Origin: Octopus sinensis
Lineage: Eukaryota
Assembly: GCF_006345805.1 (NCBI RefSeq)
Contig: NC_042998.1
Span: 50,964,001 to 51,028,000 of the forward strand
Length of the DNA stretch: 64,000 nt
Direction of reading: 5' to 3'
Of the stretch, positions 1-10,880 are shown piece after piece. A program made the translations under genes and the position numbers. A model generated the notes under the pieces. That model worked only from the letters and a program-made list of their open reading frames with translations. It did not search any database and was not told the DNA's origin. Position 1 is the stretch's first letter. Each line of letters opens with the position of its first letter.

Positions 1-493
1 TCCTACGTTCTACTTGCCTAGAACCTGTCCTCTGGACCACCCCTCCCACTGGTGCTCACCCCTCCCACTGGTGCTCCCCTATATTTCTGCATCCCCCACC
101 ACCATTATGGGTGTCTACTCTTTGAACCCCCCTCTTCAATACGCTATTTCACCATGCATTACCCCCTCTCGATATCCTACGTTCTACTTGCCTAGAACCT
201 GTCCTCTGAACCACCCCTCCCACTGGTGCCCACCCCTCCCACTGGTGCTCCCCTATTTTTCTGCACCCCCACCACCATTATAGGTGTCTACTCTTTGAAC
301 CCCCCTCTTCAATACGCTGCTCCCTATATTTCTGCACCCCCCACCACCATTATAGGTGTCTACTCTTTGAACCCCCCTCTTCAATACGCTATTTCACCAT
401 GCATTACCCCTCTCTCGATATCCTACGTTCTACTTGACTAGTACCTGTCCTCTGAACCACCCCTCCCACTGGTGCTCCCCTATATTTCTGCAC
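1..493. repeat. C-rich tandem repeat, ~157 bp core unit, about 3 copies with internal duplications, cut by window start
   Basis: TCCTACGTTCTACTTG recurs at 1, 175 and 421; CCCCTCCCACTGGTG and ACCACCATTAT...CAATACGCT are internally duplicated. Confidence 0.85.
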
Positions 494-741
494 CCCCCCC
501 ATAAAAAGCACCATCCGAACGTGGCCGATGCCAGACCCCTCTGGCACCTGTGCAGGTGGCACGTAAAAAACACCCACTACACTCGCGGAGTGGTTGGCGT
601 TAGGAAGGGCATCCAGCTGTAGAAACACTGCCAGACTAGACTGGAGCCTGGGGCAGTCCCGAGCTCCCCAGACCCCGGTCGAAACCGTCCAACCCGTGCT
701 AGCGCGGAAAACGGACGTTAAACGATGATGATGATGATGAT
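494..741 (+). mobile_element. RTE-type LINE 3'UTR/3' end (family B)
   Basis: GTGGTTGGCGTTAGGAAGGGCATCCAGCTGTAGAAAC...GGACGTTAAAC(GAT)n tail, the same 3' region that follows the RTE ORF at 25686-26740. Confidence 0.8.
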
Positions 742-981
742 GATATATATATATATATATACATACATATATATATACATATATATACATATATATAATA
801 TATATACATATAATACATACATATATATATATATATACATATATATACATACATATATGTATATATATATATACATACATATATATATATATACATACAT
901 ATATATATACATATATATAATATATAATATATATATATATACATACATATATATAATATATATATATATATATATACATAC

Positions 982-1053
<72 letters not shown>
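742..1053. repeat. compound (TA)n/(TACA)n microsatellite
   Basis: Seen directly; explains the YI-rich ORFs at 404-1132. Confidence 0.95.
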
Positions 1054-1058
<5 letters not shown>

Positions 1059-1340
1059 TGGTTAGGGCAGCAGACCGCGGTCGGAGGATCACGGTTTCGA
1101 TTACCAGACTGGGCATTGTGTGTGTTTATTGAGCGAAAACACCTAAAGCTCGCAAGGCTCTGGCAGGGGGGGGGGGCGACCCCTGTTGTACTCTTTTGCC
1201 TCAACTTTCTCTCACTCTCTCTTCCTGTTTCTTGAGTAATTCTGCGATGGACTGGCGTCCCGTCCAGCTTGGGGGAACACACACGCCACAGAAATTGGGA
1301 AACCGGGCCCATGAGCCTGGCTAGGTTTGAAAAGGGCACA
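1054..1340 (+). mobile_element. tRNA-derived SINE, family F
   Basis: A-box-like CAGTGGTTAGGGC and B-box-like GGTTTCGATT; reverse-oriented copy at 35763-36058. Confidence 0.8.
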
Positions 1341-2116
1341 AGAAAAAATAAAAATCAATACGATTCACTAGATGGGCCTTGTACCTAGAGTAGAAAAGAA
1401 TACAATTCTCTAGTTTATGAAACTCATTACTCTCATTTGCTACCCCTTGCTGCCTTTCCCCAGATATAATTCAACAACTACATTTTATTCTAATTCAACA
1501 TCTACATTTCATTCTATCTGCTGTGAGGTCTCCAGTTAAAAGTACTAAAAACTCCTATGATATTAGTCAGTTTACACTGGCAACCAATAGAAGAATTCAT
1601 GTATTTCCAAAACATCTGCTTCTAAGTAAAAAAAAAAAAAAGTGAAAAACATGAAAATATAAACATGAAAAGAAAAATACGAGAACTCTTTAGTTACTGA
1701 TTTCATCATTCCTTTCCAATTTTCTCTTAATCTTTCAGTCTTTTACCTAGTACCAGTTAGCAATTGTTATAAAAAGAAGAATACGGAGCAAATTATATAG
1801 CCTGGAAATATGGTATGCATTGGCACTAACAATTGCCATTAAAACAGCTCTCACTTCTAAAGAAAATAAAAATATCTCACCATACTGATCAAAGTATCCT
1901 TTCCAAACCAAAGGAAATATGTCTCAACTGATTTTTACCTTTGCTTAACATTAACACTTAGATTAGTAAACAGCCACAGACTATTATTACATGCTCTGCT
2001 CTCTATTTGGTTTATCCTTCATCACAGCCATTACTTCCTTTTTTTTTTGTTTCATTATTTGCATTGTCTTTGTTTTCCTTTTTATTCTCATTGATGGCAT
2101 TAATGGTGGTGTTCAC

Positions 2117-2160
2117 ATTATTATTATTATTATCATTATTATTACTATTATTATTATTAC

Positions 2161-2219
<59 letters not shown>
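2117..2219. repeat. (ATT)n microsatellite
   Basis: Seen directly. Confidence 0.95.
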
Positions 2220-2229
2220 GTTAATATTA

Positions 2230-2410
2230 AGGTGGCAAGCTGGCAGAATTGTTAGCATACTGAGTGAGACATTTTGCAGCATTTCATCCATCTCTATGTT
2301 CTGAGATCAAATTCAACCAAGGTCAATCTTGCCTTTCATCCTTTCAGGGTTGATGCAATCGACTAGTCCTCTCACACCAAATTTCAGGTCTTGTTTTTAA
2401 TAGAAAGTAT
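2230..2410 (+). mobile_element. SINE family C
   Basis: GGTGGCAAGCTGGCAGAA...TTCTGAGATCAAATTC...CTTTCATCCTTTCAGGG, matches many copies in the window. Confidence 0.75.
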
Positions 2411-2444
2411 TGTTATTATCATTATTATTATCATTATGAAAATG

Positions 2445-3170
2445 GTGGCGAACTGGCAGAATCATTAGCACGCTGGGTAAAATGGTTAGCAGTATTTCAT
2501 CCGTCTTCACATTCAGGTTGACTTTGCCTTTCATTCTTTCAGGGTCAATAAATTAAGTATCAGTGAAACACTGGGGATGATGTACTGTAAATTCTCGAGT
2601 ATAGTCCGCCCTTGAGTATAGTACGCAGGGGATTTTTATGGGGCTGTACTTCTGAAAAACCAAAACCTTGTGTATAATACGCACCCCTTCTCTAACTTGA
2701 GTCATGCGTAATTAAGCCAGAAGCACCTAGTCAAACAAACACTTCAGTGCATGCGTAATACAATAATGGTGATGGTCTTAACTGTTATATGGGAATGTAA
2801 ATGTGTTTGCAAATTGTTTTTGTTACATGTTATTCTGTGTTGTGAATACTTTTAGTTTAATAAATGTTGCTTACTGCAAGTTATGGATAATTCTTTTATG
2901 ACTTCATTGCTTTCAGACTTAGCTTAAGGTATTTTCGTGCCCGACATCACAAAATGCGTCTGAATAAACATTGCTGGACAGCAAACAGAGACTCAGACAT
3001 TGCTTAGAAAATATTTTTCATTTTTAACCTCGTATATAGTACACACTGGGGATTTTGACCTTTAAATTTCGGGAAAAAAATGCGGATTATACTTGAGGAT
3101 TTACGGTAATCAACTTATCCCCGCCCCACAAATTTCAAGCCTTGTGCCTTTAGTAGAAAGAATTATTAGA
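2445..3170 (+). mobile_element. SINE family C split by a Tc2-like MITE
   Basis: ...CTGGGGATGATGTA[MITE]ATCAACTTATCCCC... rejoins to the family C consensus. Confidence 0.75.
2585..3106. mobile_element. Tc2/pogo-like non-autonomous DNA transposon (MITE), 522 bp
   Basis: TIRs CTGTAAATTCTCGAGTATAGTCCGC / GCGGATTATACTTGAGGATTTACGG; TA duplication at 2583-2584 and 3107-3108. Confidence 0.8.
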
Positions 3171-3403
3171 CCATCATACAAAATATGCTGCAGTATATAA
3201 TCATTTGATGTTATCATTTTGGATTCAAACTGCACAGAGGTTAGCTTTAGCTTTCATCATTTTAAGACAGATACGATAAACACTCACCATGTCTAGAGGC
3301 CAATTTAATTATCAACTCTTATGTTAGAAATCAATATTAATTTTCTTTCATTTCATAATTGCTGTTTTAAATAAATAAATGGCTTTTACTGAAGAATACT
3401 CAC

Positions 3404-3522
3404 TTGATAACTTTTCATGTCCATAACACGTTCAAGAGCAACGGAATAATCTGTCCAGTATAGTATCCAGTCATCATTTTCACCAACTTCCTTGAATCCA
3501 AATTTCTTCGTCATACGTCTAA
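3404..3522 (-). CDS. TTLL6: internal coding exon (119 nt, phase 1 to 0) of a TTLL6/TTLL13-type tubulin polyglutamylase
   Basis: Encodes (V)RRMTKKFGFKEVGENDDWILYWTDYSVALERVMDMKSYQ, matching the TTLL6/13 motif VRRAA..GF.E...DDW.LYWTDYSVSLERVMEMKSYQ; acceptor TTTACATAG and donor GTGAGT. TTLL6 vs TTLL13 cannot be resolved from two exons. Confidence 0.93.
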
Positions 3523-3615
3523 CTATGTAAAGAAATAATATTAGGTTTGTTTTGCTTTTTTTTTTAAATCCAATTTTGTGATTAAGTACACAAATGCTGC
3601 AAACAAATAAGAAAT

Positions 3616-3616
<1 letters not shown>

Positions 3617-3675
<59 letters not shown>

Positions 3676-3677
3676 TG

Positions 3678-3735
<58 letters not shown>

Positions 3736-3745
3736 GAAGAAGAAG
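3617..3745. repeat. (AAT)n/(AAG)n microsatellite
   Basis: Seen directly. Confidence 0.95.
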
Positions 3746-3751
3746 AAGAAT

Positions 3752-4185
3752 CCTTTCTACTATAGGCACAAGGCCTGAAATTTGGTGGGGGAAGAGGACT
3801 TGTCAATTGCATCGACCCCAGTGTTTCATTGGTACTTAATTTATCAACCCCGAAAGGATGAAAGATAAAGTCGGCCTTGGCGGAATTTGAACTCAGAATG
3901 TAGCAACAGGTGAAGTACTGCTAAGCATTTCGCCCAGCATGCTAACAATTCTGCTAATCCTTTCTAATATTTTCTAATATAGGCACAAAGCCTGAAATTT
4001 TGGAAGCAGATGCTAGTTGATTATATTGACCCAGTACTTGTCTGGTACTTATTTTATTGACCCCTAAAAAGATGAAAGGCAGAGTCGACTTTGGCCGAAC
4101 TTGAATTCAGAACATAAAGATGGACAAAATGCCACTAAACATTTTGTTTGGCACGCTAATGATTCTGCCCAGCTTGCCACCATTA
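3752..4185 (-). mobile_element. two adjacent SINE family C copies
   Basis: Reverse-complement family C at ~3752-3960 and ~3965-4185. Confidence 0.75.
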
Positions 4186-4334
4186 CAATGATGATGATGA
4201 TGATGATGATGACGATGAAGACGACAATAATGATGATGAGGAGGAAGAGGAGGAGAAGGAGGAGGAGAGGGAAGTGGAAGAGGAGGAACCCTCATAATCG
4301 ACATATCAGTCCCAACAGATGATAATGAATCTCT

Positions 4335-4555
4335 CGAAGAGATGGAGAAATTAACTTAACGTAAGGACCTGGAAAAAGAGATAATCCAAATGGAGTGCCT
4401 CCAAAAAAATTCTTCTATTTCAATATTAATAGACACTTTGGGAATGATCAGAAAACATGCAGACAAAGACATTAGAGAAACACCTGAACTTACAAATACA
4501 CACAACATTCAGATAATAACACAACTAAGCAAACCACACATATTATATTGGGTCA
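4335..4555 (+). mobile_element. decayed R4/Dong-like (RLE-type) non-LTR retrotransposon C-terminal fragment
   Basis: Broken translation EKL..KDLEKEIIQME...LGMIRKHADK...HNIQIITQLS..HI resembles the EKL.KY.DL..EI..MW...GALG...K...IQK...L.TAHILR pattern of R4-clade termini; judged by eye. Confidence 0.45.
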
Positions 4556-4575
4556 TTTCAGTATAATGTAGTATG

Positions 4576-5030
4576 GGTGCTGGCATCGATGTGTGGTAAG
4601 AAGGTTGCTTCCAAATAACATGGCTCAGGGTTCAGTTCCACTGTGTGGCACCTTGGGTGAGTATTTTTATCTACAGCCTCAGGTTGACCAAAGCCTTGTG
4701 AGTGGATTTGGTAGATGAGAACTGAAAGAAAGTCGTTGTGTGTGTGTGTGTGTGAGTGCATGTGTGTGTGTGTGTGCACGTGTTTGTGTATGTGTGTGTG
4801 TCTTTGTGTTGGAGGAAGTCTCCCACCACTGCTTAACAACCCGATCTTGGTGTGTTTATATCCCCATTACTTAGTGGTTCAGCAAAAGATACTAATAGAA
4901 TGAGCACCAGGCTTAAAAAGAGAGAAAAAAGTACTGAGGTCAATTCTTTCAACTAAAAATTCTTCAAGGCAGTGCCCCAGCATGGCCACAATCTAATGGC
5001 TGAAACAAGTAAAAGATAAAAGGTAAAAGG
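4576..5030 (+). mobile_element. SINE family A
   Basis: TGTGTGGTAAGAAGGTTGC...GTGGCACCTTGGG...GTGAGTGGATTTGGTAG, internal (TG)n, tail GAAACAAGTAAAAGATAAAAG. Confidence 0.8.
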
Positions 5031-6399
5031 TAGTACCAAAATACCAAAACCAAAACAAAATACTGCACATACCAAAGTGCACAGAACCACATTTGGTAGA
5101 GCAGTAAAAGCATGCAATAAAACTATGATAATTGAATAACAAGAACAATGTCAACCACAAGTCTGTTTCTAACAGAGACACCAACAGATTCTGACATGAA
5201 TAACTCTTGCCTGAGTTAGTTAATTTAACTGAGGAGACATAACAAAGTCAAAACACAGGGTGTTTCAAAGTCCTCTTACTGTAATGAATCAAGTGTGTTA
5301 TGAGCACACCTTCTGAATGAAGTTGTTCTCCACCAATGAGATACAATATTAACATATTCACATTTGAATTTGCTAGAACATATTAAGAATGAAGATATGT
5401 CATCATTCTTATTCTCACAGTTTACCATGTACGTGACAATATCTTATCAAATGTGTAGTCTTTATAAAATGAAAGAGATAGAGAGAGAGACTCCAATTGC
5501 TAATAGAATGGATTTTCTATTGAGTAGCTCCTGTATCTTCTTCACCAATTAATGAAATGTTGCCGGACACACTAAGTCATTAAATGCTTTCAGATGGATT
5601 TCCAAGTTAATCACATTTTTATGATATGCAAAGAGCTTGCTTTGCTATCATTTCAGAAGAAACAGTTACATTTTTCAATTGTATTTCTTAGTTTATTTAT
5701 TGGAGTTTTTAAGAAAAATTTTTGATTAGAAAATTTCATTGAAGACTTAAGCTTTAAAACTGAAATATAATTCAAGTTTAAGTTTATTTTGCATAATGAT
5801 GACACGTAGCATATTTACAGAACAACAATATTTGAAAATAATGATTGTTATTGTTGCAGCTGTTTTTAGCCCCAGGTCATCTCTCCCCCAGTAGAACTAT
5901 TACAAAGGCGTGTTAGCTGTTTTCCTCCCAATATTTTTTCAGACACAGCATAATATAGGACTACATTATCCAATGTATTGTTCTTGTTATTCTGATTTTA
6001 AAATTGTAGAGTACATCTTGAGGGAGATTTTGCTGCTATTTCTAACAAGTCAAGCAACCACACACAAACTCTCCTATTGGTTGTGAAAACTGATAGTTTA
6101 CACAAATATGAAGCTTCAGCTTTTTTTACATGATGAGACCTATAGGAAGCAACATGGATTGGCCACAGCCAGGAACTGAAACCAGGCCATAGGTTTCTTT
6201 CCTGCCTAAGACATAGCACTACCTCACGGCTCAAAAAAAACATAACAAATATACAAAACTAAAACACAGCATATATGTCAAGACATAGGTACAAATATGT
6301 GAGTTACTTTAGTCAACAGTTTGATGAGTTACCTTTATTTCAAATTGGTCTGCTTCAGACAAATAATAACAACTCTGCAATTAATTATGTAAACACATT

Positions 6400-6815
6400 C
6401 TTTCTTTTATTCTTTAACTTATTTCAGTCATTTGACTGTGGCCATACAAGAGCACCAACTTAGAGAGTTTTAGAAATCGACCCCAGGACTTATTCTTTGT
6501 AAGCATAGTATTTATTCTATCAGTCTCTTTTGCTGAACTGCTAAGTTACAGAGACATAAACACCATCATCGGTTGTCAAGCAATGGCAGGGGGACAAACA
6601 TGGAAATGTACACACAAAAATACATACATATATATATATATATAAGTGATATATGTGTGATGGGTTTCTTTCACTTTCCGTCTACCACTCACAAGGCTTT
6701 GATCAGCCCAAGGTTATAATAAAAGACACTTGCCCAAGGTGCCATGCAGAGGAACTGAACCCAGAACCATGTGGCTGAGAAGCAAGCTTCTTGCCACACA
6801 ACCACACCTATGCCT
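6400..6815 (-). mobile_element. SINE family A
   Basis: Reverse complement of the family A consensus. Confidence 0.8.
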
Positions 6816-6821
6816 ATGCTT

Positions 6822-7065
6822 ATAAAGTCAAAAAAACAACCTGCCACCCATGACTTTCAGAAACATTTTTTCATGCTCAGAATTTCTGAGGCATGGAATA
6901 AACTACCAGCATCAGCTGTCAGAACACTACTACATCCTTCAAAGCTTCCCAGAATTTGCCAAGAGCACACCCAATGCCAGCCTCTTGTTTTCCTTTTTTA
7001 AATGACTCATTACTGTTAAATTTCTGTGCATTATTCTAGGTACTGTCCACGCAGTTTTGCCAACT
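6822..7065 (+). mobile_element. CR1/L2-like LINE 3' fragment
   Basis: HDFQKHFFMLRISEAWNKLP; homologous to 52541-52988. Confidence 0.65.
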
Positions 7066-7674
7066 TTTTTCTGGTGAGATATAGTGCACCTGAGCAGTGT
7101 ATAAAATGAGTTTATCACCACCACCACCACCACCATCACCACCAGCATCATCATCAACATCATTATCATTTAGCATTCATTTTCCATGCTGGTATGGGTA
7201 AGACCTTTTGATTGGAACTGGTAAGCCAAAGAGCTGCACAAAGCTCCAGTCTGTTTTGACTTGGTTTCTACAGATGGAAGCCCTTCCTAATGCCAACCAG
7301 TCCAGTGAGTGTACTGGATGTCTTTTACATATCACCAGCCTCATATATATATATATATATATATACATATACATACATAAAATATAGTCTTAAGCATGTT
7401 GTTAAGAAGTTATCTTCTTTCATAGTGCAACACATTCAGTAACATATTGTAACAATTACTTCTACCATACATGCTACAGTACCAAGTTGACAGACTCTCC
7501 TATATATATACAAGTAGTGTTTAACATCAGGTGAACATGGATGCTTCCTAGAAACCAACAATACTGCTATTTTAACCACAGAGGGAGGCCTCTTCCAGCT
7601 GGTTATTCAGTGCACACTGCACTCACTATATATTGCAAGCAGGGAAAGAACTCCCTACTATTTTAGCCTCAAGA

Positions 7675-7724
7675 CACCAGACCATATGGTTTCAATCTCT
7701 TTATGGCCATCCTTGGTGACAGAT
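7675..7724 (-). ncRNA. degenerate minimal type I hammerhead ribozyme motif
   Basis: Minus strand: TCTGTCA-CCAAGGA-T-GGCC..GATT-GAA-ACCATATGGT-C-TGGTG; perfect palindromic stem III, GUC site, U4 and G5 mutated. Confidence 0.6.
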
Positions 7725-7806
7725 ACTCTTCTGCTTTGATCTCTTATAGAAATTTTCTTAACTAACTAATTTGCTTGTTGCAAGATCAGTAACTGTGTGT
7801 CACTTA

Positions 7807-8188
7807 TCTATATATATAAAGCTGAAGTTGTCTGTGTGTGGCAGGTTTGGTAGCCTTCAACTAACACTATCTCCTCCGAGACCATGCGGCGCAAGTTGAC
7901 CAAAATTGAGAGTATGATAGAAGAAGGCTTGCTCTTCATTCCGTAGAACATAAAATTCAAATAGGATCATGTTAAGACCAAAAATTATTTACATCAAAAA
8001 TGTGCTTTTTTTCAATTAAAATTCCTATTTTTTACGATTTTTTTACTGCTGTCGTCATTTTTTGGTGTATTTCAATCAGAAAAATGTTTACTTAAAGAGA
8101 AGCTACATAATGCAAAATTTTTACTTTTCAAAAATTCCAATTCTAATGGGTCAAAACAAACCTGAGCAACGCTGGGCGATACTGCTAT
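7807..8188 (+). mobile_element. non-autonomous Helitron (family G1)
   Basis: Inserted between A and T; 5' TCTATATATATAAAGCTGAAG; 3' CTGAGCAACGCTGGGCGATACTGCTAT (CTAG in other copies). Confidence 0.75.
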
Positions 8189-8243
8189 TTTCCTATATAT
8201 TGCAAGCCGGAGTGAGTCAATGCTATTGCTTGTGGACAAGTAT

Positions 8244-8292
8244 CTATCATTGAGGATGACAATAAAGAGGTCAAAACTGTACAGTCTGGTGG
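8244..8292 (+). ncRNA. degenerate minimal type I hammerhead ribozyme motif
   Basis: CTATCA-TTGAGGA-T-GAC(AATAAAGAG)GTC-AAA-ACTGTACAGT-C-TGGTGG: 6 bp stem I, 3 bp stem II, perfect palindromic stem III, GUC; core differs from CUGANGA/GAAA at C3>T and G12>A. Confidence 0.7.
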
Positions 8293-8859
8293 TCTTGGGG
8301 CTAAAATAGTAAAGAATTCTCTCCCCACTTGCAATGTAAATAAAGTGAAGTGTGCACTGAATAACCAGCTGGAGGAGGCATCCTCCTGAGGTTAAAATAG
8401 CAGTATTGTCAGTTCCTAGGGAAGACTCATGTTTAGGTGACATTAAACACTACTGCTCAGTATAAATACTGCTTTGATCTTTTATATAGATTTTCCTAAC
8501 TAGCTAATTTGCTTGTTATATGTTTATATACATATGTACATACACATAGGTACACACACACACACATACACACACACACACCACACACACACACACTTGT
8601 GGACTACTGAACCTATATGAGATTTACTAGTGGTGGGTGTATTAACTGTGCATTTATAAACTATGTTGTTAATTAAGCTATTCTAAAGAGTAAGTATTCA
8701 TATTAACACAATTACAATTTGCACTATGGCAACTGCCAACGTAATTAGTGAATAAAAGTTTACACACACTCACGCATGCGCACAGACACACACACACACA
8801 GATAAATAGATACATACATAAACACATAGAGGGACAGATATAGACAGATAGGCAGGCAG

Positions 8860-8862
<3 letters not shown>

Positions 8863-8890
<28 letters not shown>

Positions 8891-8940
8891 TGTATGTATG
8901 TACGTATGTATGTATGTATGTATGTATGTATGTATGTATG
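8863..8940. repeat. (TATG)n microsatellite
   Basis: Seen directly. Confidence 0.95.
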
Positions 8941-9574
8941 TTTGCATGTATTAATGTATGAAAGTATATAAAATGTGTGGACATATGTATGCTCGGATAT
9001 TTAAGATTTTTATGTACAAATATTCACATACATACATTAAATGTCCACATACATATACTATTTAAATGCTTGCATGTATCTAAGGGGTAGGTTTGCAAAT
9101 GTATCATCCACAGATTGCATTTATTTATGAACTTTTCCAATTTATTATAATCTATAATTATCGATCTAATTAGGTATCTATTTACTGCATATTATTCAAT
9201 TAGTTATCCATTTATTTATCTATATAGTTATGTATTCACAAGTTTATTATTCCAGTAAATGTGTATGCATTTTAAATATTGATTATGAAGCAATTTCGAA
9301 CGCGTGTGTTTTACTTAAAATGAAATGATGTCGTTTGGTTATACTGTCTGTCTCTAAATGTTTGACGTCATATTTTGCCATGAAATAATTTTCTCTGTGA
9401 TGAATCAAGCTCATTCTAAACATTGGAATCCCACCCACAAAATATTCTGAAATAATTACACTGCATCTAGACTCAAAGTATTCTGTGTTTTAACGAGCTA
9501 TTGAATTAGCAACAGTAGAATATCTCTGCTAAAACATTACATTTATAAAATACAATATATATATAATATTTAAT

Positions 9575-9806
9575 TTTATCTTTTACATGTTTCAGTCATT
9601 AGACTGTGGCCATGCTGGGGCACTACCTTGAAGGATTCTTAGTTGAATGAATCAAACCCAGTAATTAATTTTCTTGCTAAGCCTCGTACTTATTCTATCG
9701 GTGTGTTTTGCCAAACTGCTAAGTTATGGGGATGCAAACACACCAACACCATTGTCAAGTGGTGGTGGGGGACACAGACACAGACACACATACATACATA
9801 CACACA

Positions 9807-9842
<36 letters not shown>

Positions 9843-10185
9843 CACAACAGGCTTCTTCCAGTTTCCATCTACCAAATCCACTTACAAGGCTTTGGCCAGC
9901 CTGGGGCTGTAGTAGAAGAGACTGAACCCAAAACCATGTGGTTAGGAAGCAAGCTTCTTAGCATGCAGTGATGTTATATATATATATGGGGGCAAACACA
10001 GACATAAAGACACACACATATATCTACACATTATGGGATTCTTTCAGTTTCCATCCACCAAATCCACTCACAAGGCTATGGTTTGTCCGAGGTTATAGTA
10101 AAAGACACTTGCTCAAGTTGCCATGCAGTGGGAGCGAACCTGGAACCATATGGTCAGGAAGAAAACTTCTTTCCATGCTTGCACC
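9575..10185 (-). mobile_element. SINE family A copy plus partial second copy
   Basis: Reverse-complement family A at ~9575-9965 and ~9990-10185. Confidence 0.75.
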
Positions 10186-10211
10186 TATATATATATATCT
10201 ATATCTATATA

Positions 10212-10245
<34 letters not shown>

Positions 10246-10880
10246 CGCACACAAAATTCTGTATAAATATATGAGGGTAGTCTCTTGAAGTGCAGTTTAT
10301 GGATCCCATAAACTCAACTTCCCCATTTTTAATATATATATATATATATATATAAACACATACACATATGCATACATGGTTTAATGGTTAAGGTGTTGCA
10401 CTCACAGCTGTTAGATCATGGTTTCAGTTCCTAGTCTGGATCATGTATTGTATTCTTGAGTAAAATACTTCATCTCATGATGCTCTGCTATCACTTAAAC
10501 ACCTAAGGTATAGTTTGAGTATAGTTCTATTAATCAACTGTGACAAATTCATAAGCAAGAAAACTATTTGTCAACATCAGGGAGTGGAACGCACAATTTC
10601 CTGTAATTCGGACCACTTCATGATCACCACCAGACAAAATGGAAAAGGCGTTGCCCTGGAGGATGGTGAGAAAGACATGCTGGAACAGCCACTCTGACTC
10701 AAGGGGCTTACACCCGAAGATAACCATCTCTGCTCTGATAGTGGTGAGCAGGGATATGGTGTAGGGACTGAGAATGCCAGAGATCTCCACTGCCATTGTT
10801 CAACAAGAAATTGCAGAATAGTTTTTCTCAGACAACAGGAGACTACCATCAATATATATTATGTGTGTATATGTATATGT

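Larger units (their letters stand above)
7511..8520. repeat. family H locus 1: inverted partial monomer (7511-7730) plus more than one direct monomer (7731-8520, ~356 bp period after removing the Helitron)
   Basis: 7511-7730 is the reverse complement of ~8240-8465; CTGCTTTGATCT recurs at 7731 and 8469. Confidence 0.8.

Noticed and set aside
1054-1130. tRNA genes at SINE heads (also 25070, 36000, 54002)
   Set aside because: A/B boxes continue into repeat bodies present in many copies, with no complete cloverleaf; these are SINEs, not tRNAs.
404-1132. Long YI-rich ORFs (also at 37060-37798, 50017-50832, 59211-59719)
   Set aside because: Translations of (TA)n/(CA)n microsatellites that lack stop codons.
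1-3403. Search for the next TTLL6 exon (KINHFPGM...)
   Set aside because: No matching sequence found; CCTGGAAATATGG at 1801 does not translate to the motif.
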